Origin: Ferruginibacter sp.
GTDB lineage: Bacteria; Bacteroidota; Bacteroidia; Chitinophagales; Chitinophagaceae
DNA length: 64,000 bases
Direction: 5' to 3'
Assembly: GCA_041911275.1 (NCBI GenBank)
Contig: JAYRPG010000174.1
Location: 24,268-88,267, forward strand
How positions within the stretch are numbered: the first letter of the stretch is position 1; the number at the start of each line of letters is the position of its first letter. The notes under the pieces are model-generated. The model saw only the letters and a list, made by a program, of their open reading frames with translations. It did no database searches and had not been told where the DNA came from. The translations under genes were made by a program, and so were the position numbers. Shown here piece after piece: positions 36,082 through 44,953 of this stretch.

Positions 36082-36501
36082 TCAGTGCACTACGCCGTCT
36101 TCAAACTTGATGGCTTCCATCCCGTTTTTCACGCGGTAATCATTGATGGCTGCCTTGATGGCGTCTTCAGCCAGTACCGAGCAGTGAATTTTAACGGGCG
36201 GCAGGTTCAGTTCTTCCACGATGTCCATGTTGTCAATTTTCAGGGCTTCGTCTACCGACTTGCCTTTCAGCCATTCGGTGGCCAGGGATGAGGAAGCGAT
36301 GGCAGAGCCGCAGCCAAAAGTTTTGAACTTGGCATCGGTGATGGTGCCGGTGTTTTCATCCACTTCAATCTGCAGGCGCATGACGTCGCCGCATTCAGGA
36401 GCGCCCACCAGACCGGTGCCCACATTTTTCTTCGCCTTGTCCAGGGTGCCCACGTTTTTGGGGTTCTGGTAGTGATCGATTACTTTTTCCGAGTATGCCA
36501 T
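36082..36501 (-). CDS. iscU: Fe-S cluster assembly scaffold IscU
   Basis: HYQNPKNVG, GAPECGDVM, FGCGSAIASSS and LPPVKIHCS. Confidence 0.92.
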   Translation of the reverse strand: MAYSEKVIDHYQNPKNVGTLDKAKKNVGTGLVGAPECGDVMRLQIEVDENTGTITDAKFKTFGCGSAIASSSLATEWLKGKSVDEALKIDNMDIVEELNLPPVKIHCSVLAEDAIKAAINDYRVKNGMEAIKFEDGVVH

Positions 36502-36553
36502 AGTAGTATGCGTGTTAATGGTTGATTAAAGAGATAGGTTGAACAGTACCGGT

Positions 36554-37771
36554 TTAATGATGTGCCCACTCAATGGTATTGAGATCGATGCCCTCTTTAT
36601 ACATTTCCCAAAGGGGGCTCATTTCGCGCAGTTTCAGCACCGTATCACTCACCGCCTTGATGGTGTAGTCAATCTGCTCTTCGGTGGTGAAGCGGCCCAG
36701 GCCAAAACGGAGTGAACTGTGCGCCAGGTCGTCGCCCAGGCCCAGGGCCTTCAGCACGTAGGAAGGCTCGAGCGAAGCCGAAGTACAGGCCGATCCTGAA
36801 CTGAGGGCAATGTTTTTGTTAAAGCCCATCATCAGGCCCTCCCCTTCCACATACTTGAAGGAAATATTGGTTACATGGGGCAGGCGGTGTTCCCGGCTGC
36901 CGTTTACATAAGCTTCTTCCAGTTGCATCAGGGCATTTTCCAGTTTGTCGCGGAGCACGGAAATGCGCTGGTTATCCGATTCCATATCAAGCCGGCAGAT
37001 TTCGCAGGCCTTTCCGAAGCCCACAATACCGGGCACGTTGAGGGTACCGCTGCGCATGCCGCGTTCGTGGCCGCCACCGTCCATCTGGGCGGTAACTTTT
37101 ACGCGGGGATTTTTGCGGCGTACATAGAGGGCGCCTACCCCTTTGGGACCATACATTTTGTGGGCGGTGAAGGCCATCAGATCAATGCCGTCCTTGTTCA
37201 CATCCACCGGAATTTTGCCTACCGCCTGCGTGCCATCGGTAAAGAACAGCACACCATGACGACGGGCGATGGCGCTGATTTCTTTCACCGGCTGCAGGGT
37301 GCCGATTTCGTTGTTGGCATACATGATGGCAATGAGGATGGTGGTGGGGCGGATGGCGGCCTCCAGTTCTTTCAGGTCAACCATGCCCTCCGGATTCACG
37401 GAGAGGTAGGTGACTTCCGCGCCCTGCTTCTCCAGGTGCTTGCAGGTATCCAGCACCGCCTTGTGCTCGGTAACGGCGGTAATGATGTGGTTACCCTTGC
37501 TGGCATACATTTCAAACACGCCCTTGATGGCCAGGTTATCGGCCTCCGTGGCGCCGCTGGTGAAGATAATTTCCTTGGGATCGGCGCCGATCAGTTTGGC
37601 TACCTGCTCCCGGGCATAATCCACCGCTTCTTCCGCCTCCCAGCCAAAGGGATGGTTCCGGCTGGCCGCATTTCCAAAATGTTCAATAAAGTAGGGAGTC
37701 ATGGCCTCCAGCACGCGGGGATCCATCTGCGTGGTGGCATTATTATCGAGATAAATCGGCAGTTTGAGCAT
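36554..37771 (-). CDS. iscS: Cysteine desulfurase IscS
   Basis: IYLDNNATT, the PLP-binding Lys region AHKMYGPKG, and active site SSGSACTS. Confidence 0.92.
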   Translation of the reverse strand: MLKLPIYLDNNATTQMDPRVLEAMTPYFIEHFGNAASRNHPFGWEAEEAVDYAREQVAKLIGADPKEIIFTSGATEADNLAIKGVFEMYASKGNHIITAVTEHKAVLDTCKHLEKQGAEVTYLSVNPEGMVDLKELEAAIRPTTILIAIMYANNEIGTLQPVKEISAIARRHGVLFFTDGTQAVGKIPVDVNKDGIDLMAFTAHKMYGPKGVGALYVRRKNPRVKVTAQMDGGGHERGMRSGTLNVPGIVGFGKACEICRLDMESDNQRISVLRDKLENALMQLEEAYVNGSREHRLPHVTNISFKYVEGEGLMMGFNKNIALSSGSACTSASLEPSYVLKALGLGDDLAHSSLRFGLGRFTTEEQIDYTIKAVSDTVLKLREMSPLWEMYKEGIDLNTIEWAHH

Positions 37772-37887
37772 AATTGTTTTGCTTTTTTGAGTAACACGAA
37801 ATTACTGTAAAAGGTTTATTTTAGGCCCCGGAAGCCCCGTCCGCAAGATCATTTTACGGATTTCGTAAACAGCTCCCCTCCTTTCAT

Positions 37888-38295
37888 ATGTTAAAAGTAG
37901 AACATATCGGAATCGCGGTCAGATCTCTGAGCGATGCCATTCCGCTTTTCGAAAAACTCCTCAACGCTCCCTGCTATAAAACCGAGCCCGTGGATTCAGA
38001 AAAGGTCAACACGGCTTTTTTCCGCCAGGGCGAAACCAAGATTGAACTGCTGGAAAGCACCGATCCGGCGGGTGTGATCGCCCGGTTTGTGGAGAAAAAG
38101 GGGGAGGGCATGCACCACATCGCTTTTGAGGTGGCCGATATCCATGCCGAAATGTCACGGCTGAAGGCCGAAGGCTTTACCCTGTTGAATGAAACGCCGA
38201 AGGCGGGCGCCGACAACAAATGGGTGTGCTTCCTGCACCCCAAAGACACCCGGGGCGTGCTGGTGGAACTTTGCCAGGACCGCGGAACCGGCTAA
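37888..38295 (+). CDS. mce: Methylmalonyl-CoA epimerase (VOC/glyoxalase fold)
   Basis: LKVEHIGIAV...KIELLE...G.HHIAFEV.DI......G....NE.P..GA.....FLHPK...GVL.EL. Confidence 0.8.
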   Translation: MLKVEHIGIAVRSLSDAIPLFEKLLNAPCYKTEPVDSEKVNTAFFRQGETKIELLESTDPAGVIARFVEKKGEGMHHIAFEVADIHAEMSRLKAEGFTLLNETPKAGADNKWVCFLHPKDTRGVLVELCQDRGTG

Positions 38296-38936
38296 GCCTG
38301 TTGCAGGAAGGGATTGCTGCGCTTTTCGACGCCGATGCTGGTGGGCTCGCCATGCCCGCTGTACACCACCGTTTCTTCCGGCAGCACGAGCAGGCGGGTA
38401 CGGATGCTGTTGATCAGGGTGGCATAATCCCCGCCGGGCAGATCTGTGCGGCCGATGCTCCCGCGAAACAGCACGTCGCCCCCGATGAGAAAACCCTGGG
38501 CGGCACAGTAAAAACAAAGGTGCCCCGGCGAATGACCCGGCGCTTCCAGTACCTCCAGTTCATCATCACCGAGTACGATACGGTCGCCGGCTTTCAGAAA
38601 AATCAGCTCCCCCTGGTAACCCTCGAAGGGCATGCCCCACATCAAACCAGAGGCCGGCGCAGCATGCAGCATCTGCTCCTCCTTCCGGTGCATCTGAGGC
38701 CGCAATCCCCAGGTTTCGGCCACAAACTTATTGCCGAACACATGATCCAGGTGGCAGTGGGTATTGAGCAGCAGCTTCGGGCGGAGGCCGTGGGCCGTGA
38801 TGAACTGCCGGAGCTGTTCCCGTTCTTCGGGATGATAACAGCCGGGATCGGCGATGAGGCAATCCTGCTGTTCATTGTACAGCACATAGGTATTTTCGGC
38901 AATCGGACTGAATACAAAACTTTTGATCTGCAGCAT
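38292..38936 (-). CDS. MBL-fold metallo-hydrolase (glyoxalase II-like)
   Basis: HCHLDH motif, GHSPGH, and a 214-aa size. Confidence 0.82.
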   Translation of the reverse strand: MLQIKSFVFSPIAENTYVLYNEQQDCLIADPGCYHPEEREQLRQFITAHGLRPKLLLNTHCHLDHVFGNKFVAETWGLRPQMHRKEEQMLHAAPASGLMWGMPFEGYQGELIFLKAGDRIVLGDDELEVLEAPGHSPGHLCFYCAAQGFLIGGDVLFRGSIGRTDLPGGDYATLINSIRTRLLVLPEETVVYSGHGEPTSIGVEKRSNPFLQQA

Positions 38937-39011
38937 CGGATGGGTTTTGAGCCAGGTTTTTACGGATGGGCGTAATCACCTAATTTTATTGTTCCTAACG
39001 TCAAATTTAGT

Positions 39012-42000
39012 ATGCACAGAATCAACAGGCTGATTTTTTCCGGATTGCTGCTGGCTGCAGCCGGCATTTCGAGCGTTTCGGCACAGGTGGTGGAAAATGT
39101 ACGGTTCGGAAAAAACCGGGTTCAGTATAAAAAATTCAAATGGCAGTATTACCAGAGCAGAAACTTCAACACCTTCTTTAACCAGAATGGCCAGGAGATC
39201 GCCAAATTCGTGATGCAGGTGGCGGAAGAAGAGCTGCCGAAAATTGAAGAGTTTACCGAATACAGCCTGCAGCGCCGGGCCAATATTGTGGTGTACAACG
39301 AATACGCGGATATGGCCCAGTCGAATATCGGGATGGACATCGACTGGCAGAACACCAACGGCACCACCAAACTGGTGAACAACAAGATGGTGGTGTATTA
39401 CAACGGGGATCACGCCCATCTCCGCAACCAGGTGCGTCAGGGCATTGCCCGCATCATCACCGACAATGTGCTTTTTGGTGAAGACCTTGGCGAGTTTGCC
39501 GGCAACCAGGCCCTGCTCGATCTGCCCCTCTGGCTCACCGACGGTTATGTGGATTATGCCGCCGTTAACTGGAGCACCGCCCTCGACGATGAACTGAAGA
39601 GCGAAATCCTCAGCGGCAAGTACAACCGCTTTTACAAATTCGCCTTCCAGAATCCCCGCCTGGCGGGTCATGCCTTCTGGTACTTCATCGAGGAGAAATA
39701 CAAAAAGGAAAATGTTACGTATTTCCTCTACCTGGCGCGGGTGTACAAAAACCTGAACCGCGCCAGCCTGCAGATCTGCAATAAAAAATTCAAAGACCTG
39801 CTGGCCGAGTTCATGGAATACCAGGAAGAAAAATACGAAAACGATATCCGGCGCCGCCGGGCCTATCCCAAGGGCCAGGCCGTGGAAAGTTTTGACATCA
39901 GCCCCCGGCAGGACTACTACCGCATCAACATGAACCCGCAGAAGAAAAACAACTCTTATGTGCTAGTGGAATTCAAAAAGGGGCAGGTGAAGGTGAAGCT
40001 GTATGAGGATTTTGAAGTGTACACCCTCCTGAAATACGGCACCCGCAGCCGCCGCAATGAAGTGAATCCCGATTACCCGCTGCTGGCCTGGGATCCCAAG
40101 GGTACCCGCATCGCGGTGATCTACCAGCAGGAGGGCCGCCTCAAGCTTTTTGTATACGATCATGTTACCCGGATCAACTATCCCAAGCTGGATCTTACGG
40201 ATCAGTTCCAGCAGGTGCAGGATGTGAAGTACATGCTCGACAGCCGCACGCTGCTGCTGAGTGCCACCAAAAACGGGCACAGCGACCTGTTCAGCCTGAA
40301 CCTGGAAAATGAGAAAATCCAGCAGCTCACCAATGATGTATATGCCGATCTCGATCCCACCTATGTGGCCTTCCCCGGCAAGAGGGGCATCCTCTTTGCC
40401 AGCAACCGGCCCTCCGGCGATGCCCGCGGCGGCGATACCTCGGTACCCAGCCATTACCGCTACAACATCTTTTTTGTAAGCGATGCCAGTGCCAAGGCGG
40501 AGCTCAACCAGATCACCCAGCTCACCAACCTCAAATACGGCAATGCCCGTATGCCCATGCCCTATAACAGCAGTCACTTTACGTTTGTGAGCGATGAGAA
40601 TGGTGTGGCCAACCGCTATGCCGGCTTCTTCACCACCCAGGCAGCCGGGCTGGACACCCTGGTGCTGATCGGCGACAACATCCTCCGCAACCCAACCGAA
40701 AAAGAGGTGGACAGCGTGCTGCGCGCCAATAAAAAAACCGATATCGACTCTGTTGCCGTGGTGGCCGTATCCCAGGATTCGGCCTACAGCTTCCCGCTCA
40801 CCAACTACGAAAGCAACCTGGCTGAAACCCGCGTGGCCGGCGACAACAACCAGGTAAGCGAGGTAACCCGGCAGAGTGATGAGAAAACCCTCTACAAACT
40901 GAAAATTGATGAAATGGCCCTGCGCCGCCGCAACATCACGGTACCGCCTACCTCCTATATGAAACGGGTGGTGATGGCCGATAAAATTGAAGCGCAGGCC
41001 GCCAGCCAGTTCGATCTGCCGCTGCCCGGCGACAGCACGAAGAAGGCGGAAGACAACCTTTTCCAGAATGAATTTGAGGAAGAAAAACGCGACAGCCTCA
41101 GCGGCCAGGTGGTGGCTTCCACGCCGGTGCCGGCCTACAATGTGCTGAAAGATGCCCGCCTCTATCCCTACAAGCCGGTAAAATTTGGCGCAGATTATGG
41201 CGGGGTGAATTTCAGCAATTCCATCCTCTTCAACCGTTACCAGTCGTATGCAGGCGGCGGCGGTCCCATCATGCTGGGCACCAGCACCCCGCTGAACGGA
41301 CTCATCCGCCTGGGCACTTCCGAGCTGATGGAAGACCTGAGGATTTTCGGCGGCTTCCGGATCTCCACCAACCTCAACGACAATGAATGGCTGTTTGGTT
41401 TTGAAAACTTCCGCCGGCGTTTCGACTGGGGCCTCACCTATTACCGGAATGCCGAAGAGGTGGGCTTTGATCTGGGCGACAACCGGGCTCATCCGGGAAA
41501 AATTTTCACCAACATTTACATGGGCAATATTGCCTATCCCTTCGACCGCACCAAAAGGATCAGCCTTTCGCTTGGCATCAGAAATGAAACCAATGTGCTT
41601 CGGACGGATTTCACTTTCGATCCCTCACTGAAAATTCCCAACCTGGTGCGCCGCTTTGCCCTCACCCATGCCGAGTTTGTATACGACAACACCACCAATC
41701 CCACCCAGAACATATGGGAAGGGCTTCGGTATAAAGTGTACTTCGACTGGAATACCGACATCAGCAAGGAGAAGAACAGCAGCGGCAAATACAATTTCAA
41801 CTGGGGCTTCGACACGCGGTATTATTACCCCATTCACCGCAACTTCATCTGGGCGGGCCGTGCCGCCGGTGAGTTCAGCTGGGGCAACCAGAAAACCATT
41901 TACTACCTCGGTGGCGCCGACGGCTGGCTGATGTTTGGCAGCAACATGAAAAACGACGGCAATTACCGGTACTTCAATGCCAACAACAGACCGGCCCCGG

Positions 42001-42422
42001 ATGTGAACTATGCCTTCCAGAGCCTGCTGGGTAACCTGCGCGGCTTTATCCAGAATGTGGCCAACGGCAACAATGCGGTGATCCTGAACAGTGAGTTCAG
42101 GCTGCCGGTATGGACCACTTTCTTCAACCGGCCCATCAACAATGCCTTTGTGCGCAACTTCCAGCTGGTGCAGTTCATCGACCTGGGCACGGCCTGGAAC
42201 GGCGCTTATAAAGGCATCAGCCGCCCCTCCACCATCTACGGCAACCCGCCGGTGCAGGTGCAGACCCGGGTGGGTGGAATCGGCCCCTTTGCCGGCGGTT
42301 ATGGCTTCGGCGCCCGCAGCATCGTACTGGGCTACTTCCTCAAATTTGATGTGGCCTGGGAGATGAACGGCATTTTCCGGGGCAAACCCCTTTACTATTT
42401 CAGTCTCGGCCTCGATTTTTAA
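39012..42422 (+). CDS. Large outer-membrane protein: N-terminal alpha/beta region, TolB-like PD40 beta-propeller and a C-terminal beta-barrel; function unknown
   Basis: Signal MHRINRLIFSGLLLAAAGISSVSAQ. PD40-like blades (DPKGTRIAVIY..., LLLSATKNGHSDLFSL..., GILFASNR). The C-terminal ~400 aa show an alternating beta pattern ending in ...YYFSLGLDF (terminal Phe). Confidence 0.6.
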   Translation: MHRINRLIFSGLLLAAAGISSVSAQVVENVRFGKNRVQYKKFKWQYYQSRNFNTFFNQNGQEIAKFVMQVAEEELPKIEEFTEYSLQRRANIVVYNEYADMAQSNIGMDIDWQNTNGTTKLVNNKMVVYYNGDHAHLRNQVRQGIARIITDNVLFGEDLGEFAGNQALLDLPLWLTDGYVDYAAVNWSTALDDELKSEILSGKYNRFYKFAFQNPRLAGHAFWYFIEEKYKKENVTYFLYLARVYKNLNRASLQICNKKFKDLLAEFMEYQEEKYENDIRRRRAYPKGQAVESFDISPRQDYYRINMNPQKKNNSYVLVEFKKGQVKVKLYEDFEVYTLLKYGTRSRRNEVNPDYPLLAWDPKGTRIAVIYQQEGRLKLFVYDHVTRINYPKLDLTDQFQQVQDVKYMLDSRTLLLSATKNGHSDLFSLNLENEKIQQLTNDVYADLDPTYVAFPGKRGILFASNRPSGDARGGDTSVPSHYRYNIFFVSDASAKAELNQITQLTNLKYGNARMPMPYNSSHFTFVSDENGVANRYAGFFTTQAAGLDTLVLIGDNILRNPTEKEVDSVLRANKKTDIDSVAVVAVSQDSAYSFPLTNYESNLAETRVAGDNNQVSEVTRQSDEKTLYKLKIDEMALRRRNITVPPTSYMKRVVMADKIEAQAASQFDLPLPGDSTKKAEDNLFQNEFEEEKRDSLSGQVVASTPVPAYNVLKDARLYPYKPVKFGADYGGVNFSNSILFNRYQSYAGGGGPIMLGTSTPLNGLIRLGTSELMEDLRIFGGFRISTNLNDNEWLFGFENFRRRFDWGLTYYRNAEEVGFDLGDNRAHPGKIFTNIYMGNIAYPFDRTKRISLSLGIRNETNVLRTDFTFDPSLKIPNLVRRFALTHAEFVYDNTTNPTQNIWEGLRYKVYFDWNTDISKEKNSSGKYNFNWGFDTRYYYPIHRNFIWAGRAAGEFSWGNQKTIYYLGGADGWLMFGSNMKNDGNYRYFNANNRPAPDVNYAFQSLLGNLRGFIQNVANGNNAVILNSEFRLPVWTTFFNRPINNAFVRNFQLVQFIDLGTAWNGAYKGISRPSTIYGNPPVQVQTRVGGIGPFAGGYGFGARSIVLGYFLKFDVAWEMNGIFRGKPLYYFSLGLDF

Positions 42423-42445
42423 GCCGCAGACGGCATAACCTGAAA

Positions 42446-42475
42446 GGGCCCGGCTTCATCGCCGGGCCCTTTTTT
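42446..42475 (+). terminator. Rho-independent terminator of the 1136-aa OMP gene
   Basis: Perfect 9-bp stem GGGCCCGGC / GCCGGGCCC followed by TTTTTT. Confidence 0.75.
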
Positions 42476-42515
42476 ACAAAACAGGATGGAAGTGGGCAAG
42501 CCGCAGTTTTGCCAA

Positions 42516-43874
42516 TCATTCCAGGTTATTCTGTACCGTTAGTCCGGAAGCTGACCACCGTTTTGTGCCGGGGGTGGTTGCATCCCCCGACAGGCTGATC
42601 TTCCGGCTGAAATACATCACGGCAGCCAGGATCAGGAAGAGGCCCGCACTGCCAAAGAGCAGCGCTGTATCCTCGAGGCTGATCAGCACATAGATGAATC
42701 CGTAGAGGAGGGAAAGGATCAGGCTGAAAGCCAGCACCACTCCCCTTCTCCGGAAAATGCTGTGCACATACCAGGCCAGCAGGCCCAGCGTGGCTGACGC
42801 TGCCGCGAGATAGGCCTGGCCGAAAGTCAGGTACTCCGAGAGGGAAAGCAGCAGGGTATAAAAAATCACCAGGGCGAAGCCGATCAGCACGTACTGCAGG
42901 GGATGCAGCCCCAGGCGGCTGTAAATTTCAATGAAGAAGCACACGAAAAAGGTGAGGGCGATCACCATCAGGGCGTACTTCACACTGCGGTGGGTTTGCG
43001 CATAGTTGTCTACCGGCTGGTGCAGCTGCACCCCGAATGCCCCCTGCTCAAACAGTTCAGGGTCGGGCCGGGTGAACACGGCCGGGTAATTGCGGTTATA
43101 CTGCAGGATCTTCCAGGCGGCGCTGAAACCCTTTGCCCCCACCTGGCTGGAATCCGGGAGGTAATGGCCGCAGAATGACGGATGCGGCCAGCTGCTGCTG
43201 AGCTGTACCGTGGTGAGTGACCCGGCCGGCACAAACTGCAGCCGCTGGCTTCCTTTCAGGGACAACTGCACACTGAACCCCACTTCTGTGCCGGAAAAGA
43301 AATCGGCCGTCAGCGGTACCGCCGCGCTGATCCCGGAACTGAGGAGTCCGTTGGCCGGCACACCCGGTTCCGCCAGCAGGAGGCTGTCGTTCCATTTCAG
43401 CGCCGGCTGATCCCGGATGCCCCGGAAATCATGAATGCCGAGGCAAAGCCGGGCCTCGCTGAGCCGGAGCTCGGCCAGGGGTACAGGCAGGGCTTCCTTC
43501 AACCTGAATTGACCCTGCAGGCTGAGCTGGCTGCTGTAAAGCGGAACCGGATAAATACTGCGGTGCTTCAGTTGTGGCAACAGCTCGCCCCGGATTTCCA
43601 GGCTGGCGGGCAGCAGGTAAAGCATCTTTTGCTCTCCACCCGCTGTGGCCGTGCCGTAAGGAATCAGCAGGCAGGGCCCGTAGAGGGTTTGACTGCCCGC
43701 CCACTTGGCACTCACTTCCTCTACCACTTCGTCACGCCTGTTCTCCCGCTCCCGCACCAGGTCCTGTACAAAAAACGAAGGAATCAGCATCACCAGCACG
43801 AGGAAACCGATGAGGATGGATTTGAAGAAATACTTGTTGCGGTTCCAGAAGCCCGCGATGAAGGAGGTATCCAT
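42516..43874 (-). CDS. creD: Cell envelope integrity inner-membrane protein CreD
   Basis: An N-terminal TM helix, a large periplasmic domain and a C-terminal cluster of 5 TM helices; 452 aa. The QDLVRERENRRDEV motif is typical of CreD. Confidence 0.8.
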   Translation of the reverse strand: MDTSFIAGFWNRNKYFFKSILIGFLVLVMLIPSFFVQDLVRERENRRDEVVEEVSAKWAGSQTLYGPCLLIPYGTATAGGEQKMLYLLPASLEIRGELLPQLKHRSIYPVPLYSSQLSLQGQFRLKEALPVPLAELRLSEARLCLGIHDFRGIRDQPALKWNDSLLLAEPGVPANGLLSSGISAAVPLTADFFSGTEVGFSVQLSLKGSQRLQFVPAGSLTTVQLSSSWPHPSFCGHYLPDSSQVGAKGFSAAWKILQYNRNYPAVFTRPDPELFEQGAFGVQLHQPVDNYAQTHRSVKYALMVIALTFFVCFFIEIYSRLGLHPLQYVLIGFALVIFYTLLLSLSEYLTFGQAYLAAASATLGLLAWYVHSIFRRRGVVLAFSLILSLLYGFIYVLISLEDTALLFGSAGLFLILAAVMYFSRKISLSGDATTPGTKRWSASGLTVQNNLE

Positions 43875-43893
43875 ATAGTGTAGTTTTAAAAAG

Positions 43894-43912
43894 TACTTTG
43901 CATTTCAAAGTA
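43894..43912. promoter_or_regulatory. Inverted repeat TACTTTG-cattt-CAAAGTA upstream of creD; candidate operator
   Basis: Perfect 7-5-7 palindrome, 19 nt upstream of the creD ATG. The same core recurs at 44898-44916. Confidence 0.5.
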
Positions 43913-43927
43913 TAAGGACAAAAAAAA

Positions 43928-44224
43928 TCACTTTGCGTCCCGGATCATTTTTTCCAGCGCGGCCAGGTGTGCCCGGAAGGCGCGCTCACCCAATGCCGTA
44001 GCCGAATAGGTGGTGCTGGTTTTGCGGCCGATGAAGCCTTTGTGCACCTTGATGGCCCCGTTTTCTTCCAGGGCTTTCAGGTGACTGGCCAGGTTGCCGT
44101 CGGTAACCGACAGCAGTTCCTTGAGCTCATTATAGCTTACCGATTCGTTCACCATGAGCGCACTCATGATGCCCAGGCGCACCCGGTGATCAAACAATTT
44201 ATTCAGTCCACTGATCCAGCTCAT
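43928..44224 (-). CDS. Winged-helix DNA-binding transcriptional regulator (ArsR/MarR-like, HTH_34-type)
   Basis: 98 aa; HRVRLGIMSAL....SYNELKELL..TDGNL.SHLK.LEE.G.I. Confidence 0.75.
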   Translation of the reverse strand: MSWISGLNKLFDHRVRLGIMSALMVNESVSYNELKELLSVTDGNLASHLKALEENGAIKVHKGFIGRKTSTTYSATALGERAFRAHLAALEKMIRDAK

Positions 44225-44233
44225 GATGATCGG

Positions 44234-44890
44234 TTAATGCCGCTGCGGCGCAGCGTTGCGTTCATGGCGGTACCACATCAGGATACCGTACACGATGTGC
44301 AGGACCCCGAAGCCGGCGGCCCAGAAATAAATACCATAGCCGGTGAATGACAGGGCCACGAGGCCCAGTACCAGCTGACCATAGCCCAGGTAGCGGATTT
44401 CAGACAGGGTATACCGGCTGGCGTTCACCAGCGCGAGTCCGTAAAAAATCAGGCAACCGGGTGCCACCAGTCCGAAAGTGCCAAAATGCATCAGCTTAAT
44501 CAGAAACAATCCCCCCGCCACCAGCGGCACCAACAAACTGAAACAGAGCCGGCGGGCCGTGACGCCCCAGAGCGGCGCCTGCTGGCGCCGGCTGCGCATC
44601 CAGGTAAAGAAAAAAGCACTGACCAGGGCTGCCAGCAGCGTAGCCGCGGCTATGCGGAAGATGACCGTATTGAACAGGAAGATCAAAAATCCGTGATCAG
44701 CAACCGTTACCGCAGGGTCGATGATGAAGTCGCGGAAGCCCCGTACATAATCATGCGCGGCCCAGGCTCCGGCCAGCGCACAAAGGCCCGCGGCCACTCC
44801 GCTCAGGCCACTCAGGCTGATGAAACGGCTGCTGTTTTCCATCATCTGCCGGATCTGGCGGAGATCATCCAGGGATTGATTGGGTTGCAT
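44234..44890 (-). CDS. Hypothetical polytopic membrane protein; first gene of the wHTH-creD module
   Basis: 218 aa with about 5-6 predicted TM helices and no recognisable motif. Confidence 0.6.
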   Translation of the reverse strand: MQPNQSLDDLRQIRQMMENSSRFISLSGLSGVAAGLCALAGAWAAHDYVRGFRDFIIDPAVTVADHGFLIFLFNTVIFRIAAATLLAALVSAFFFTWMRSRRQQAPLWGVTARRLCFSLLVPLVAGGLFLIKLMHFGTFGLVAPGCLIFYGLALVNASRYTLSEIRYLGYGQLVLGLVALSFTGYGIYFWAAGFGVLHIVYGILMWYRHERNAAPQRH

Positions 44891-44897
44891 ATAAAAG

Positions 44898-44916
44898 CAC
44901 TTTGAATTACAAAGTA
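44898..44916. promoter_or_regulatory. Inverted repeat cACTTTG-aatta-CAAAGTA upstream of the membrane-protein gene; candidate operator
   Basis: ACTTTG-N5-CAAAGT is perfect. It lies 7 nt upstream of the ATG at 44890. Confidence 0.5.
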
Positions 44917-44953
44917 AAAAGTAAATATCCGGACCTCCAAATATTTTTTGGCC

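Noticed and set aside
39963-41492. A 509-aa - strand ORF.
   Set aside because: It lies entirely antisense within the 1136-aa OMP gene, which has a signal peptide, propeller and barrel. It has no motifs and an antisense-type composition.
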